44,272 nt of DNA from Verrucomicrobiota bacterium. GTDB lineage: Bacteria; Verrucomicrobiota; Verrucomicrobiia; Limisphaerales; BJHT01. The stretch covers positions 1 through 44,272 of the forward strand of contig JAYVOY010000555.1 of assembly GCA_043757645.1 (NCBI GenBank), read 5' to 3'. The notes under the pieces were generated by a model. The model was not told where the DNA came from. It saw only the letters and a program-made list of their open reading frames with translations, and did not search any database. Within the stretch, counting starts at the first letter, position 1. The number at the start of each line of letters is the position of its first letter. This document shows positions 42,827-44,272 of the stretch, piece by piece. The position numbers and the translations under genes are program-made.

Positions 42827-43037
42827 CACATTTGGAATTGCCAGCGTCTCGGCCACGACGAACGCCCACCGGCTGAAGCCGGGACGCCGTGCCTGGGTTC
42901 AGCCGAGTCGTTCCTCGAGGTGGAGAAATCAGGGAAGTTGCTCGGCGGATTCCAAAGGCCGCCCCGCAACGATGGGAATTGTTTGTGCGCGCGACGGGCG
43001 TTGGTTAATTCTCGGCCCCGAATTACCGCGACTCATT

Positions 43038-43895
43038 ATGAAACTTTGCCGCTTCCTGAATCCGAAAAACCAAGTCTGCGTGGGCCTCTCCGTCGATGGT
43101 GCGACGGTGTTCGATCTCACGGCGGAGGGGATTGACCGCCTGTCGTCGCTGCTCGAATTCGAGGGGATGATGTCGCAGCTCACGCGGTTGGCGGGACAGG
43201 GGTTGCCGCAGTTTCGCGTGGGCGAGGTGCAGTTGCTCGCGCCGGTGGACAGCCAGGAAGTGTGGGCGGCGGGTGTGACGTATCTGCGCAGCAAGAAGGC
43301 GCGCATGGAGGAATCGGACTTCAGCGCGAGCGCGTATGACCGCGTGTATGACGCGCCGCGGCCGGAGATTTTTTTCAAATCACTGCCCGAGAAAGTGATC
43401 GCGACCGGCGACGGCGTGGGCATTCGCCGCGATGCGAAGTGGAACGTGCCGGAGCCGGAACTGGCGCTGGTGCTCAATTCGCGCGGGCATCTCGCGGGCT
43501 ACACGATCGGCAACGACATGAGTTCGCGCGACATCGAGGGCGAGAATCTGCTCTACCTGCCGCAGGCGAAAACGTATCTGCGTTCGTGCGCGGTCGGCCC
43601 GTGGATCACGGTGAACGCGAGCGAGGCGGAGGCGCGCGCGTGGACGATCGGCGTGACGATTCGCCGCGGCGGCAAGATCGAGTTCGCGGGCGAGACGAGC
43701 GTGGGGCAGATCAAGCGCACGTTCCCGGAACTCGCGGAGTATTTGTTCCGCTGCCAGAGTTTTCCGCACGGGGCGATTCTCCTCACGGGCACCGGCGTGG
43801 TGCCGCCGGATGGTTTCACGCTGCAACCGGGCGATGTGGTGACGATCCATATTTCCGGCATCGGCACGCTGGAAAATCCGGTGGTGACGGTGTGA
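43038..43895 (+). CDS. fumarylacetoacetate hydrolase (FAH) family protein, 2-keto-3-deoxy-sugar-acid dehydratase/hydrolase-like
   Basis: 285 aa; ..RPEIFFKSLPEKVI.. ..NVPEPELALVLN.. ..GYTIGNDMSSRD.. show the FAH-fold metal-site pattern (E-x-E ... D). Specific activity is not assignable. Confidence 0.7.
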   Translation: MKLCRFLNPKNQVCVGLSVDGATVFDLTAEGIDRLSSLLEFEGMMSQLTRLAGQGLPQFRVGEVQLLAPVDSQEVWAAGVTYLRSKKARMEESDFSASAYDRVYDAPRPEIFFKSLPEKVIATGDGVGIRRDAKWNVPEPELALVLNSRGHLAGYTIGNDMSSRDIEGENLLYLPQAKTYLRSCAVGPWITVNASEAEARAWTIGVTIRRGGKIEFAGETSVGQIKRTFPELAEYLFRCQSFPHGAILLTGTGVVPPDGFTLQPGDVVTIHISGIGTLENPVVTV

Positions 43896-43936
43896 CGCGG
43901 GTTGGGGTGACCGTGCGGTCGGAAACTGATTTTGCG

Positions 43937-44026
43937 CGCAGAGGCGCAGAGGGCGCGGAGAAGAAGTTTTTTTGGGGGGGAAGTGCGTTGCAGTCATTCT
44001 CTCTCTGCGCCCTCTGCGCCTCTGCG
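43937..44026. repeat. perfect 20-bp inverted repeat forming a long hairpin built from gcgcagag tandem units
   Basis: cgcagaggcgcagagggcgc (43937-43956) is the exact reverse complement of gcgccctctgcgcctctgcg (44007-44026). The loop contains tttttttggggggg. Confidence 0.8.
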
Positions 44027-44155
44027 TGAGGAATCCTTTTGGCGAGTCACCAATGGTAACCCTTCGCCGATGTCGGCGTCGTTAGCTCAAGTTGGCGCGG
44101 GGCAAGTGGACCGGCCGGCGGCGAACCATTTCAAAAACAGACAACCCAAACTTTC

Positions 44156-44272
44156 ATGAAAACCTCTTCACGACAAATTCTCACCGCGGTTTCGCTCAGT
44201 GCGGCGCTGTGGTTGGGCGCGGATTCACAAGCGGCCGACGCGAAGCCCCAGCCGCGTCCACCGGGCGCGGGC
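44156..44272 (+). CDS. secreted protein, 3'-truncated by window edge
   Basis: MKTSSRQILTAVSLSAALWLGADSQAADAKPQPRPPGAG.. has a signal-peptide-like N-terminus (hydrophobic core, AxA-type site). The frame stays open to the window end. Confidence 0.45.
   Translation, partial: MKTSSRQILTAVSLSAALWLGADSQAADAKPQPRPPGAG

Noticed and set aside
44121-44155. Promoter call at the atttcaaaaacagacaac tract upstream of the last ORF
   Set aside because: It shares the UP-like tract of the two promoter candidates. However, there is no acceptable -10 at 16-18 nt spacing, and the ATG lies only about 10 nt beyond the -35-like hexamer.

Overview
High-GC bacterial chromosome segment, probably PVC-superphylum or Verrucomicrobia-like; that guess rests on gene content (DUF1080, Gfo/Idh/MocA and xylose-isomerase-like TIM genes) and is an inference only. 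About 31 kb (3.25-34.45 kb) is one uninterrupted plus-strand array of translation and transcription genes. The order is tRNA-Thr, tuf, tRNA-Trp, tRNA-Ser, secE, nusG, rplKAJL, rpoBC, rpsLG, fusA. fusA is fused directly to the S10-spc-alpha clusters (rpsJ to rplQ, including secY, map, infA, rpmJ, rpoA), which lack rpmD and adk. The left flank carries folA (5' partial), murJ and yajQ. The right flank (34.5-44.3 kb) is accessory-like. It carries an MFS transporter, then a minus-strand set of Gfo/Idh/MocA oxidoreductase, RelE/ParE-like toxin plus antitoxin, xylose-isomerase-like TIM-barrel protein and secreted DUF1080 (3-keto-disaccharide-hydrolase domain) protein. After that come an SDR, tdh, a FAH-family protein and the start of a secreted protein. 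I saw no rRNA, CRISPR array, transposase or integrase. Points worth a second look: (1) paired inverted 34-nt repeats bracketing the DUF1080 gene; (2) a toxin-antitoxin pair wedged between the two sugar-oxidation genes; (3) a divergent IF-1 overlapping map; (4) a strong terminator hairpin between rpsG and fusA; (5) near-universal absence of Shine-Dalgarno motifs; (6) two near-identical UP/-35/-10 promoter-like sites; (7) long hairpins built from short tandem units; (8) strand-linked third-codon G/C asymmetry. All calls come from reading the sequence and ORF translations; no database search was run.
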